This document shows positions 33,061-43,042 of a stretch of 64,000 bases of DNA, in pieces. A model generated the notes under the pieces. That model saw nothing but the letters and a program-made list of their open reading frames with translations, had not been told where the DNA came from and did not search any database. A program made the position numbers and the translations under genes. The DNA comes from Diplonema japonicum. Lineage: Eukaryota > Protista > Euglenozoa: Diplonemea. Where the stretch lies: contig OZ025755.1 in assembly GCA_964019335.1 (NCBI GenBank), forward strand, positions 1-64,000, read 5' to 3'. Every line of letters begins with the position of its first letter. Within the stretch, counting starts at the first letter, position 1.

Positions 33061-34259
33061 TCACGCCTTCCATGGGCGGTAGTACTCTTCCTCCGTCATC
33101 CCTACCCTCACCACGTCTAGCAAACGGGTATTGTTGTAATCGACTACAACCGAAATGTGAGCCGCCTGTAGGAGAGGTGAGAGAGAAGAAAAAGAGAAAA
33201 AAAAAAGAGTTCGCCATACGTTTTCTACAGCTTCGTCGTCCCCGTACTCCGACATGTCGTGTCGCTTCGCGATGGATATGTAGTCTAGGCTGCCGTGTTT
33301 TATGCTCTCGTTGTATTTGCTACGCAGCATTTCCTTGATTGTCTTGGCCGGGGGGTATTTGTAGGTGGTCTCCCTGCGGTCGGAACGGACCATCTTCTTC
33401 AGCTCCTCTTTCACCTGCTTCAACCCGGCATAGATAGCAGGGGCTTCCGCACGATGCTCCGGAGAGAGGTACACATTTCGCGAACTAAAAAATAAAAATA
33501 AAAAAATCTTTTTGAAGAAAAAAAATATATATATTTATACCTCATAGCAAGTCCGTCGATTTCACGCACAACAGGGCACACCGTGAGCTGGGTGGGGATG
33601 TGCATGTCTTCGATGAGGCGGTGCAGGACAACGCACTGTAGAGCGTCCTTCTGCCCCACATAGACCATGTTCGGTTGGACTATGTTGAAAAGCTTGTTGC
33701 AGATGGTGGCGACGCCCCTGAAATGTGTCGGGCGCGATACTGCTTCAGGCAGCGTTTCTATGCCCTCGTAGTTAACGTACATCTTGTGTGATGGAGGGTA
33801 CATCAGCTCGTCGTTCGGGAGGAACACTGCATCTACACCTGCCTCGTGAAGAATTCTGAGGTCTCGCTCAAGGTTCCGCGGGTATTTCGACACATCTTCG
33901 TTTGCCCCGAACTGCGTTGGGTTCACGTAGATGCTCACCGCAGTGAAAACGCATTCCGCTTGGCTCGCCTCAATCAGCGCCATGTGCCCATCATGTAACG
34001 ACCCCATTGTCGGAACGAACCCCAACGCATATTTCCTGTTCAACCTGCTTGGTGGTGTTGTGTGCCTCAGTACTCTCGACCTCTCTATCATCTGCTTCGG
34101 CTTTCTCACCACCGCCATCTCCCCCAGCATCGTCACCGTTGCCGGGTTGAATTTCTCGGGGGTCCACAATGTCGTCTGCGGCAACCCAGACTGCCGAAGG
34201 TTCATGGGATCGCTGCCTCCCAACATGTCACCAATCCGCAGAATGCAGTTCCTCCTCAT
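33061..34259 (-). CDS. panC: Pantoate-beta-alanine ligase (pantothenate synthetase); introns 33166-33219 and 33485-33540
   Basis: GFVPTMGSLHDGH, SIYVNPTQF, RPTHFRGV, GQKD; splicing restores DGLAMSSRN. Confidence 0.95.
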
Positions 34260-34416
34260 CTCCCTGCTTGGATGGATTTTCTTCTCTTTGTTCCTCTCAT
34301 AATTAAAAAGAAGAAATGCCCAACGAGAAACAAAAAAAAAAAAGGAGGGGGCAGGAGAAACTGTAAAGTGTCTCCATATCAAAAAAAGGGGGATCGCTAC
34401 GGTGAAGGGGGGGTTT

Positions 34417-37400
34417 TTATAAGCTTGCAATTCCTAGCTTCTCAAGAGCAAGCTGTAGCGGTAGCTTGCGGGGCTCTCTCGTGCTGTTGGGGTTTGTGAT
34501 AATGACCTGTGTCCCAGTGGAAGGTGACTCCGACTCTTTCAGTTGCCGGACCAGCTGGCGGGGCTGGGGGGCTGGGCGATATAAACGTTTGCTGATTTTA
34601 ATCTTCTGTGGACCTGGGTTGACTGCCTGCTCTCTCGGGAGTTGAATATTCGGCCTTGGTGACAACCTAGGGGACGAGAAAGCCGAGACCAGCCTACCTG
34701 GAGACCTTGGACTTGCTGTGTCTAGTTTTTGCACAGCTTGTTTCTGCAAGTTCGGAGGACCTTCGAAAGAGAGTGTTTTGAAGTCCAACACAGGCAGCTG
34801 GCACGGCGACTGGTTTTTCATTTTCCCCACCTGCCTTACCGAATGTGCGCTGGAAAGTCCCTGCTTGATGATCACTGATTCCTGCTTCATGAACACTGGC
34901 GGTTCTGGTTTCTCTATTTTAGCCATCTGAAAGTGTTGCTGCTGATTCTTTAAAAGTCCTGGTTTCGAGACCGTTCTTGATCCCATGGCACCACCAGCCT
35001 GCCTGGGGGACGCTGCAGAGCCGCCCATTCGGGGCGTGTGCGACAGTGAAAGTAATCCCCCACCCATAGTCACATGTTTTGGTGTCACGATTCCCTTCTC
35101 CTTCGGGTTCTCGCTCTGAAACATTTGTGTCGGCTTCTTCACTTGCAGAGGCCCGGTCAATGTGGGGCTGTCGACCGTCTGGCTTCTGGCTGTCAAAACA
35201 GTGGTTTCCGTTACAGTCGGCTCCAAGTTGTACCTCTGCCTTGGTCCCTGACTCTTCCCTGGTTTTTTCGTTTTCGCGCCCTGAGCGTTAGCACCAATGG
35301 ACAATGGCCTGCCGGGTGCCGTCTTCCCCTGCCGCATTGCCTGAACAGGTTCCGCGCCTTTCACCGTGGGCGCTCCTTTCTGGTTGCTGATGCTGATACT
35401 GATGTTGTTGCTGTTGTTGTTGCTGTTGCTGTTGCTGTTTCTGTCGGTCTGGTAGTTGCCCCCTTGTCCTACAATGCTAAAGCCGTTGTTTACAGATTGG
35501 GGTGTTTGTCCCTGCTTGCGCTGTCTCCCCTGCCCTTTCACTAACTTTCCCTCTCCCCCTTGAATAGGTAACTTCTTGGAGTCGCCTTCCTGCAGCCTCA
35601 TTGTGCCAGGGTCCAACAGGGAGCCGAATGGGTCGAATTCGCTCGTGCCTTTGCTTTTTACCACAGGGGTGGCGACTTGAGCCTTAATATCGATCATCTT
35701 GTCATGTTGTATTCCCTGAACCTGCACTGTTAGAGCGTGTCGCTCCTGTGCTTGTGGTTGATGTGCTTGTGGTTGATGTCGTTGCTTGACAGCCTTTTCA
35801 GGAGGGGTTGGAGGCGTCTGTTTCGCATCTATGGTGCGGCTGTCCAGCAAGATGGTGGGGTTATCATGTGTGTAATTTTCCGCAGCAGGTTGGCGGGGTG
35901 GTGTCGAGTCTGGTCGTTTCGCAGTAGCAGGCGAGGAGAGGGGTGCAGAGGCCAAGGATGCGGCAGGTGCTTTTGTATTTCCTGCTAAAAATAGGTTAGT
36001 GTTGACAGTGCTGAAAAGGATAGCTGAGGCAGGCTGCGGTTTGACAGCCTCCACATTCTCGCTGGCAAGAGGGCTATCTGTTGCGCCTCGATCCGGTGCA
36101 CGAGTGTCCGTCTCGTTCATCAGGAAGAAGGCCGGCTTTGTGTCGCTCGGAACAACAGGAGAGGGCATCTCCTTCATGACTTGGTTTGTAGAAGTAGGTG
36201 GCACGGGCCTCACGGCAGCGGAAGGCTGTCGCTGCGGCTCTGGTTCAGCTTCAGAGTCAAGCACCAAAGGCTGTAAAATAGATGGGTCAACAGGAGTATC
36301 AGCTGGCGACCTTGCAACGGGCTGCTCAACAGGAGTATCAGGAAGCGCCATCCGAAAAACGACAGGCTGCGTGGGAGGTGAGATGGCTTGACTCGAAACT
36401 GGCGGAGTCACAGCCCCTGGCACGGACGGCTTAGCAGGTTGAGTGGCGATGACAAGCCTGTCGGGCACGTCTGTAATTGGTGGGCTGCTGGCTGGGAGCG
36501 GGGCAGTCGCCTTGAAATCAGGCACCGACGGCTTAGCGGACTGAGTGGTGACGTCGGGTATATCAGCTAATGGTGGGCTGCTGGTTGGGAACAACACCGT
36601 CTCTGTAAAATCCACCTCGCTAGCAGGGCTAGGGAGATCGGGGTTGCCAGGAGGGGATTCTTGCAGAATAAGGGGAGCCGGGGTGGGGGAACAGTCGCCC
36701 TGGGCAACTCGTGCGGGTAGCATGAAGACATCCTCGGTGGGAGAATCCGAAATAAAATCGGTGTTAGAGCTACAGGAAGTCACGTGCGGGACAGTGATGC
36801 AAGCTGAGGGTGGTGTACAGATGGTGTCCGTCAACACATGAAGCTCCTTGTCGGTGGGTGAGTTGGGTGCATTCTTTTTCCGTGTCTTGATATGCGAGTT
36901 CCCTGTCGCAGAACAATAGGGCGACGATGTTTGTGCCCGGTTGCAGTCTGGGCATTTGACGGCCTCAAACTTCTCGATGGCAAAGGCAAGGGCTGAGTTA
37001 GCGGCCACTTCTTGCTTGGCATTCTTGCGTTCTTGTTGCTCAAGCAGGTTCCGCAACCTGCCCAGCCCAACGGCGTCGCTTGCGTACCCCACGAAGAATG
37101 CGGAAAACTCCTCGAAAACAGGGCCTTCCAGCGCGTTGCAGAAAGCGCGGAACCGATGGCGCCGCTCGGCTCGGGACCGTGAGGACCTGTTGATCGACAT
37201 GGCCTTCCTTCCCGTGACAGGGACACAATCACTTGAGACGTTTGGGTCTGACCAGACGGGGCTTGAAAAGTCGGCGGTGGCATTGATCTTGGCTTTGTTT
37301 TTCGCGACTAGTTTTTTGAACGTGTTTCTCGGTTGCGGGCTTGCCGGGGAGGAGGCCGTGTGAGTTAGAGTCTTCGATGCCTCAAGAGTTTTCTCTTCTG

Positions 37401-39675
37401 GAGTGGGCTGGGCATCTCTGTTTGCATCTGTTGCAGTCTCGGGCGCGCCCTTGCTGTCTTTCCCCTTCTTATCAGGAAGTGTGGCTGCTTCTTTCACGTG
37501 TGCTCGTATTTTTGCGAGCGCGTTGACATTCGCTTTGTGGATAAAGTCGTAGTACTTCGCGATCGCAACCTCGTCCTCCGCTAGCAGCTGCGTAATGTAC
37601 TCGAACTTCTTCACCTCCGTGTCCATCTTTTCAGCCTTCGGTTTTTTCTTCTGCTGCGGGATGGCGTATTCCGGTACTTGCAGGTCCTCCCCCAGCTTCC
37701 TCAGCACCCTGAAGATGGTATGGTGCAGGGATATCGCTTGGTTCTCCATCATTTTGTTTTTCGCGCGGATGAACGCCTCCAACCCCTCTGCCTTAGTCTG
37801 CATCTCTTCCATCTTCGCCTGCGACGAGTTCGACTGCGCGCCCGCCTTTGCAACCCTAACCCTCGCTTTCATCGTGATCTTTTTCAGTTCCTTGTCAAGA
37901 CGGGATTCTTGTTCCGCTATGATTTCCTTCACCCGATTCTGTATCTCTTCTTCAAGAACATCAGCAGGTATATCTGATACCACACCGGCTGCATCAGGTT
38001 GGGTCTCAAGCTTCCCGCATTGAGTGCACTTCCCTTCGCGAAACTTCACAGGAGGTGCAGATTTGAAGTCAGGTAACTTTGCTGGAGGTGTGATGGGCTC
38101 TGGTTTGTCAGTCTGGGTTTCTTCATCACACATTTGGGGAGGGCAGGGCAAGGGCGGTGGTGTGGCCGGCCTCATCTCAGCGAGGGTGTCTCGGATCTTT
38201 GTGCACTGGCTCCGCACCAAGCTGAACAGTTTTGATTTATCCTCGATTGTTTTGTTGTGGAACTTCCTGCAGACCTCGCTGTATTCATCCTTGCGGCACC
38301 GCCGCATCTCCTCCATCCCTGCCTCGCGGGACTGGTCGATTGCTGCAACGGTTGACAAGGTCTTTGCGATCATCTGTTGGATGGGCTGTGCGACGTCTGC
38401 CTTGCTTTGTTTGAGAAGCTTTGTAATGTCCTCCAAAACGGTTTCGCTGGGGTCGGCTCGCTTCCAGTCACCGTCACCCGTGAGGAGATTTTGTTGGCTG
38501 GGCTTTCCTGACAACGCGCTCAGCTGCTTTATGTTCAAGCGCCCGGGGGTCGGAGGAATTGAGTCTGAAGAATCGCTTCCCGCAGCGGAATGCGATGCCT
38601 GGCGGGCAGAAGGGGAACGGTTTTTCCGGAAACCCTTCTTCGGGCGTTTTGAAGGGACGCCGTCGAAGTCGTTGTGCTGCATGATCATCGCTTCGTTGCA
38701 CTTCATCTTGTGCTTCAAATCGCCGATTTGCTTCTTGTGCCACACTGCCTCCGAGCGCAGCAGTTTGATCGTTTTAAGGAACGTTCGTTTTTCGGCGTCG
38801 TTCTTGTTGTCTTTCGGTTGCGACGACTTGGCCTTGTCATGCCTGTAAGCCGCCCCACCTTGGTGGTCGTCCCTGTCTGTTTTTTCCATGTCGCAGCCGA
38901 AGACCTTGCTGTACAGATACTGGCGTTCCTTCTCGTAGAAAACGATGTCTGCTTGTAGCGCGCCGACATCGACGAGCTGTTGCTTCTCGAACATCTCTTC
39001 GAGGGGCTTGACGTCGGTTCTGACCTGCCGCATTTTTTCGAGGGTTTTTGTGGTCTTCCCGATGCTGCACTCCACTTCCTTCGCCTGCCGTTTGATCTGC
39101 CCCCGTAAGATCTTGTTCTCCCTTTCAAGCTTGAGAACCTGCTGGACGTGGTCGGCCGTATTATTGTGCGAGTTATGCTTCCTGGTTTGTATATCAAACT
39201 GTCCTGATGTGTCCATCACCGAACATCGTCTGTCAGCGGGTACGTCGGCTTTTAAGGTATTATTTGAAACGGACAGTTGCGGGAAAGAAGGGTTGGACAG
39301 CTCTTGTGTTCCAAGTGTGGAGGAGAGTTGTATTGACGAATCTTCGAAGCCGTCTGACCCCAACGCAGTTAGAATGGGGGATCCGGCGGTTGCTTTGCTG
39401 GCGGTTTGCAGTACTGCGTTTAGAATGTCCAGGTTGCTTCTGAACCTGTCGCCTTGCAGCGATCTGAGCTCGCCGGTGCCCATCATGCAAAGCGTTTTCA
39501 GTTCCTTTCTGAACTGCTTCACGGACCGTACTTGGTGGTCCTCGCCTGTCGCCACGCCCAGAAGCTCCTCGTGCAGCCCCTTCGCCTTGCTCAGAAGCAT
39601 CTCTTTCCATTCATACACATCGTCCACCTCACGGTTGATAACGGCTATCGCATCCTCCCCCTCGGGTATTCCCAT
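34417..39675 (-). CDS. Large low-complexity/coiled-coil protein (~1750 aa) with a CxxC...C..TG..H zinc-ribbon-like motif
   Basis: Long ORF; start MGIPEGED; CPDCNRAQTSSPYCSATGNSH. Confidence 0.8.
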   Translation of the reverse strand: MGIPEGEDAIAVINREVDDVYEWKEMLLSKAKGLHEELLGVATGEDHQVRSVKQFRKELKTLCMMGTGELRSLQGDRFRSNLDILNAVLQTASKATAGSPILTALGSDGFEDSSIQLSSTLGTQELSNPSFPQLSVSNNTLKADVPADRRCSVMDTSGQFDIQTRKHNSHNNTADHVQQVLKLERENKILRGQIKRQAKEVECSIGKTTKTLEKMRQVRTDVKPLEEMFEKQQLVDVGALQADIVFYEKERQYLYSKVFGCDMEKTDRDDHQGGAAYRHDKAKSSQPKDNKNDAEKRTFLKTIKLLRSEAVWHKKQIGDLKHKMKCNEAMIMQHNDFDGVPSKRPKKGFRKNRSPSARQASHSAAGSDSSDSIPPTPGRLNIKQLSALSGKPSQQNLLTGDGDWKRADPSETVLEDITKLLKQSKADVAQPIQQMIAKTLSTVAAIDQSREAGMEEMRRCRKDEYSEVCRKFHNKTIEDKSKLFSLVRSQCTKIRDTLAEMRPATPPPLPCPPQMCDEETQTDKPEPITPPAKLPDFKSAPPVKFREGKCTQCGKLETQPDAAGVVSDIPADVLEEEIQNRVKEIIAEQESRLDKELKKITMKARVRVAKAGAQSNSSQAKMEEMQTKAEGLEAFIRAKNKMMENQAISLHHTIFRVLRKLGEDLQVPEYAIPQQKKKPKAEKMDTEVKKFEYITQLLAEDEVAIAKYYDFIHKANVNALAKIRAHVKEAATLPDKKGKDSKGAPETATDANRDAQPTPEEKTLEASKTLTHTASSPASPQPRNTFKKLVAKNKAKINATADFSSPVWSDPNVSSDCVPVTGRKAMSINRSSRSRAERRHRFRAFCNALEGPVFEEFSAFFVGYASDAVGLGRLRNLLEQQERKNAKQEVAANSALAFAIEKFEAVKCPDCNRAQTSSPYCSATGNSHIKTRKKNAPNSPTDKELHVLTDTICTPPSACITVPHVTSCSSNTDFISDSPTEDVFMLPARVAQGDCSPTPAPLILQESPPGNPDLPSPASEVDFTETVLFPTSSPPLADIPDVTTQSAKPSVPDFKATAPLPASSPPITDVPDRLVIATQPAKPSVPGAVTPPVSSQAISPPTQPVVFRMALPDTPVEQPVARSPADTPVDPSILQPLVLDSEAEPEPQRQPSAAVRPVPPTSTNQVMKEMPSPVVPSDTKPAFFLMNETDTRAPDRGATDSPLASENVEAVKPQPASAILFSTVNTNLFLAGNTKAPAASLASAPLSSPATAKRPDSTPPRQPAAENYTHDNPTILLDSRTIDAKQTPPTPPEKAVKQRHQPQAHQPQAQERHALTVQVQGIQHDKMIDIKAQVATPVVKSKGTSEFDPFGSLLDPGTMRLQEGDSKKLPIQGGEGKLVKGQGRQRKQGQTPQSVNNGFSIVGQGGNYQTDRNSNSNSNNNSNNISISISNQKGAPTVKGAEPVQAMRQGKTAPGRPLSIGANAQGAKTKKPGKSQGPRQRYNLEPTVTETTVLTARSQTVDSPTLTGPLQVKKPTQMFQSENPKEKGIVTPKHVTMGGGLLSLSHTPRMGGSAASPRQAGGAMGSRTVSKPGLLKNQQQHFQMAKIEKPEPPVFMKQESVIIKQGLSSAHSVRQVGKMKNQSPCQLPVLDFKTLSFEGPPNLQKQAVQKLDTASPRSPGRLVSAFSSPRLSPRPNIQLPREQAVNPGPQKIKISKRLYRPAPQPRQLVRQLKESESPSTGTQVIITNPNSTREPRKLPLQLALEKLGIASL

Positions 39676-39868
39676 CCTCCCCACCCCCTTTTTTTTTTTG
39701 CTAAATTCGATGGTATAGATTTTGCCACAATATATATATATATAAGTATACTGATATGGTGATGCAAAAAAAAAAGGGGGGGTGAGGGGGATAATAAAAA
39801 AAAAAAAACAAAAACAAAAACAAAAAAAAGAAAGGATAGACAAAAAAAAATATTTGGGTCAACAAACC

Positions 39869-41425
39869 CTAAAAGTCGGCGGGGTGCGTGGGGATGTAGC
39901 CCCCGACGTCGCTCACGTGGTCTGCGATCCTGCCGAGGTTGGAGTCCAGCGTCTTGAAGATGTTCTCGATGTCGTTCAAGAGGGTGTTGAGGGACACCGT
40001 GCAGTGACGCACCCATGTCGTTGCGAGCACGATCTCATGCTGGGACGAGTCGCAGGATGTGGAAGCGGACTTCGATGCACGCGACAAAACAGCCACCATA
40101 CTATACAGCAAGGTGGTGACCTCCGCCACCTTCGACACCACAATCTGCTCGTCAGTGATCTTCTTCCCGAACTTGATCAGAACCGCCTCCAACGCAGCGT
40201 TTGTCTTCACAAGCATTTTGTCAACAATACCAGCAGCCTGCTTCAACGAAGGATGATGCCCCGCGTGGATCGAAACCAGCCCAAGCGACCTCTTCGTCCT
40301 TCCCGCCATGATCGACAGGGTACCCTTTGTTCTAAGATGCGCTCCGGCAACTTCAAGACCTGTCAATGCGAGGAATAAACTGTTAATCTCCTCTGTTCCA
40401 CCGACTGAGCGGAACCCGTTGATGTCTCTGAAAAGCTGTTCAGCAGTATCTGTTGTGAGGTACCCCCTACCGCCAAGAACCTGTAAACCGTCGTCGAGAG
40501 AGTCCAGCGCGGATCGAACGGAAAATATTTTCACCATGGCAGCCTCGCAGGTAACGTCCAGTCCTGCATCGATGTCGTGTGCTAGGAGGTACAGCATTGA
40601 CTCTGTTGCGTAGACCCTCATGGTGGACATGGCGAGGCGTTGCTTGATGAGCGACAGGTCGCGAAGTCGACGGCCGAATGCCTTTCGGTTGTTGCAGTGT
40701 TCCGTCATGTAAGATAGAAGTCTTTTATGCCCGCCGAGAACGGCTGCGGAAAGACGATGCTGCGTCCCCGTGCGGAGCGCAAGCGCGAGCTTGTGTCCTC
40801 CCCCGACACCATCAATGACGTTCTCCTTGGGAACCTTCACGTTTTTGAATTCGACGTCGTGAACAGGGCAGCTTTTAAGCCCGCTTGTTGGGTATGGCGG
40901 ACCGTTGGTCACTCCGCCAACCTTGCGGTCTACTAGGAAGCACGTTAGGCGTTTTGAAGTCTCGTTGACTTGTGTCATGGCAAGCACAAGGAGGTACTCT
41001 GCTGCTGCTCCGTTTGCTACCCAGGTTTTCTTGCCGTTTAGAATGTAGTGTGTTTCGTCGTTGGAGAGGGTTGCGGTCGTTTGGATACCTGAGGGGTCGG
41101 TGCCGCAGGATTCTTCTGTTAGGCAGTATGCTGCGGCCTTTCCTTTTTCCTCGATGTCCTTCAGGATTTCGTTGTGGGTTTCCGTGATCTTGCTTGCTGA
41201 CATGTCGTGGGTTACGGATTTTAATGCGAGTCCTAGGTCTTGCCTGCCCATTTCCTCCATGTCCCTGCATCCCTTTACCGCTCCCTGTTTGCTGCCGTCT
41301 GGGTACGGGTACACCCTGCTCTCTAGGGTGCCTTTGAACAAACTCTTTGCTATGCTCGCCTGCTGTCTCCTTGCCCCGAACACGGCGCGCTGTACAAGCG
41401 GCAGACGCATCGCTGATGTTGACAT
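39869..41425 (-). CDS. Mitochondrial acyl-CoA dehydrogenase-like protein (ACAD9/VLCAD type)
   Basis: AYCLTEESCGTD, LNGKKTWVAN, RKAFG, QVLGGRGY; C-terminal extension; presequence-like N-terminus. Confidence 0.9.
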   Translation of the reverse strand: MSTSAMRLPLVQRAVFGARRQQASIAKSLFKGTLESRVYPYPDGSKQGAVKGCRDMEEMGRQDLGLALKSVTHDMSASKITETHNEILKDIEEKGKAAAYCLTEESCGTDPSGIQTTATLSNDETHYILNGKKTWVANGAAAEYLLVLAMTQVNETSKRLTCFLVDRKVGGVTNGPPYPTSGLKSCPVHDVEFKNVKVPKENVIDGVGGGHKLALALRTGTQHRLSAAVLGGHKRLLSYMTEHCNNRKAFGRRLRDLSLIKQRLAMSTMRVYATESMLYLLAHDIDAGLDVTCEAAMVKIFSVRSALDSLDDGLQVLGGRGYLTTDTAEQLFRDINGFRSVGGTEEINSLFLALTGLEVAGAHLRTKGTLSIMAGRTKRSLGLVSIHAGHHPSLKQAAGIVDKMLVKTNAALEAVLIKFGKKITDEQIVVSKVAEVTTLLYSMVAVLSRASKSASTSCDSSQHEIVLATTWVRHCTVSLNTLLNDIENIFKTLDSNLGRIADHVSDVGGYIPTHPADF

Positions 41426-42100
41426 TTTTTTTTTTTTAAATTCGCTTTTATTACTCTCCCCCCCCTTTTTTTTAAAAAAAAATTTGTTCGTGTTGAATGA
41501 GGGAGGGGGGGATAAAACATAGGAAAAAGAGAGAAGGGGGAAAAAAAAGTGGGTAAAAAAAAAAAAGGGAGGATGGGGGGGTGTTGGTTATTGTAGTGAA
41601 TAAATGAAAGGGAAAAGGGAAGGACAAAAAATCTAAGGGGTGGGGGGGGGGGGCAAAGAAAAGGAGAGGGAATAAGAAATATTTAGAAGAGGGAGGGGGG
41701 GACTCACAAATCCCCAAAGAAAAAAATAGAAACTTTTGACATGCCTATACTAGCAGCTTTTTAAAAAGAAAATAGAATTTTCATTCAAAAGAATGTCGTT
41801 CTTAAAGGGGGGGGGGGGGGGATGGGAAGGAGAAAAATCGCTGTTAGTCTATGGTAAAAATAAAAACATGGGGGGGGGAGAAAAAAGAGTTTAAAATTTT
41901 CTTTTGTTATTTTTTTGATGTTTTTTTTTTAAATCCCTCAACTAGACCCCCTCCACAGTGGGTCTAGAGAACCGTTAAAAAGAAAAAGAAATAAAAGAAG
42001 GGGGGGGGGAAAAAAACAAAAGAAAATAAAATCGTGCGTACAAGGAGAAACATGAACACCCATAGGGACGTGGGGACAAAATCATGACTTTTTCGCTGCA

Positions 42101-42135
<35 letters not shown>

Positions 42136-42667
42136 AAGTTCATACAATCAGCACACATGACTTACGAACAGGAGAAAAATAAAAAACAAGGTGAGAAAAT
42201 ATGGGGGAGAAAAGAAAAGGAGGGAGATGAAAATCTAAGTGGGGGAGAAGACCATCCTAGGGTATATTCTTTTTTTTTTAATTTATTTTTATTTACATAA
42301 GCCATACCTTTCCCAAGTAGGAAACCGTGGGAAAAGCTGTGCTCATGCTTGCTTTGAAGGGAAAACAGTTTTTTTTTTCTCTTTTTTCATTTTTCTTTTT
42401 TTTTTGCACGAAGCACAGATTCAGGGGGGGAAGTCTATGGGGGGTTGGTGGGAAAAGAAAAAAAAGTGGTGCAGGCAGAGAGGGGGGGAACAAAAAAAAG
42501 GTGTCTTTGAAGGGAGCCTGCAGTACGTGACAGGATCGCCTGGAAAAAAGGGGGTGGAGGGAAAAAAAAAAAGTCTAGATCAAAATCTCATATATCATTT
42601 TAATAAAAATGAGGAAAAATTATAAAGAAAGAAAACAGTATGGCTAGAAACCTGCATGAGTTTGTGA

Positions 42668-42704
<37 letters not shown>

Positions 42705-43042
42705 CATATATGCAGTTTGTTACGAAAGGCACGAAGCTCAACAGGGTTTCTTACGTTGTCATCTCGAAGCGAAAAAAAAAAAGAAATAAAAAACAATGAA
42801 AGTTAAAACACCCCCCCCTGCCACCTACCACTTTTGTTTCAATAGAAACAGAGAGAAGGAAACATAAAAAATAAAAAAGATTACAAAGCATGGAAATAAA
42901 AAAGTTTTTTGAGAACGAAAAAAAAGTAAAAAATCCCTTTTTTTTTTTTCTTCTTTTTTTTTTTTTAGGAAGAAAAAAAAAGGGGTTTCGACAATCTAAT
43001 ACATTTTTTTTTTTTTTTTTTCAAAATATAAAACTCCCTACA

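Noticed and set aside
33420-34430. Apparent overlaps and Phe/Lys-rich N-terminal ORF extensions (also 16316-16556, 39675-39843, 53737-54184)
   Set aside because: Read-through of homopolymeric spacers; the real starts are downstream ATGs.
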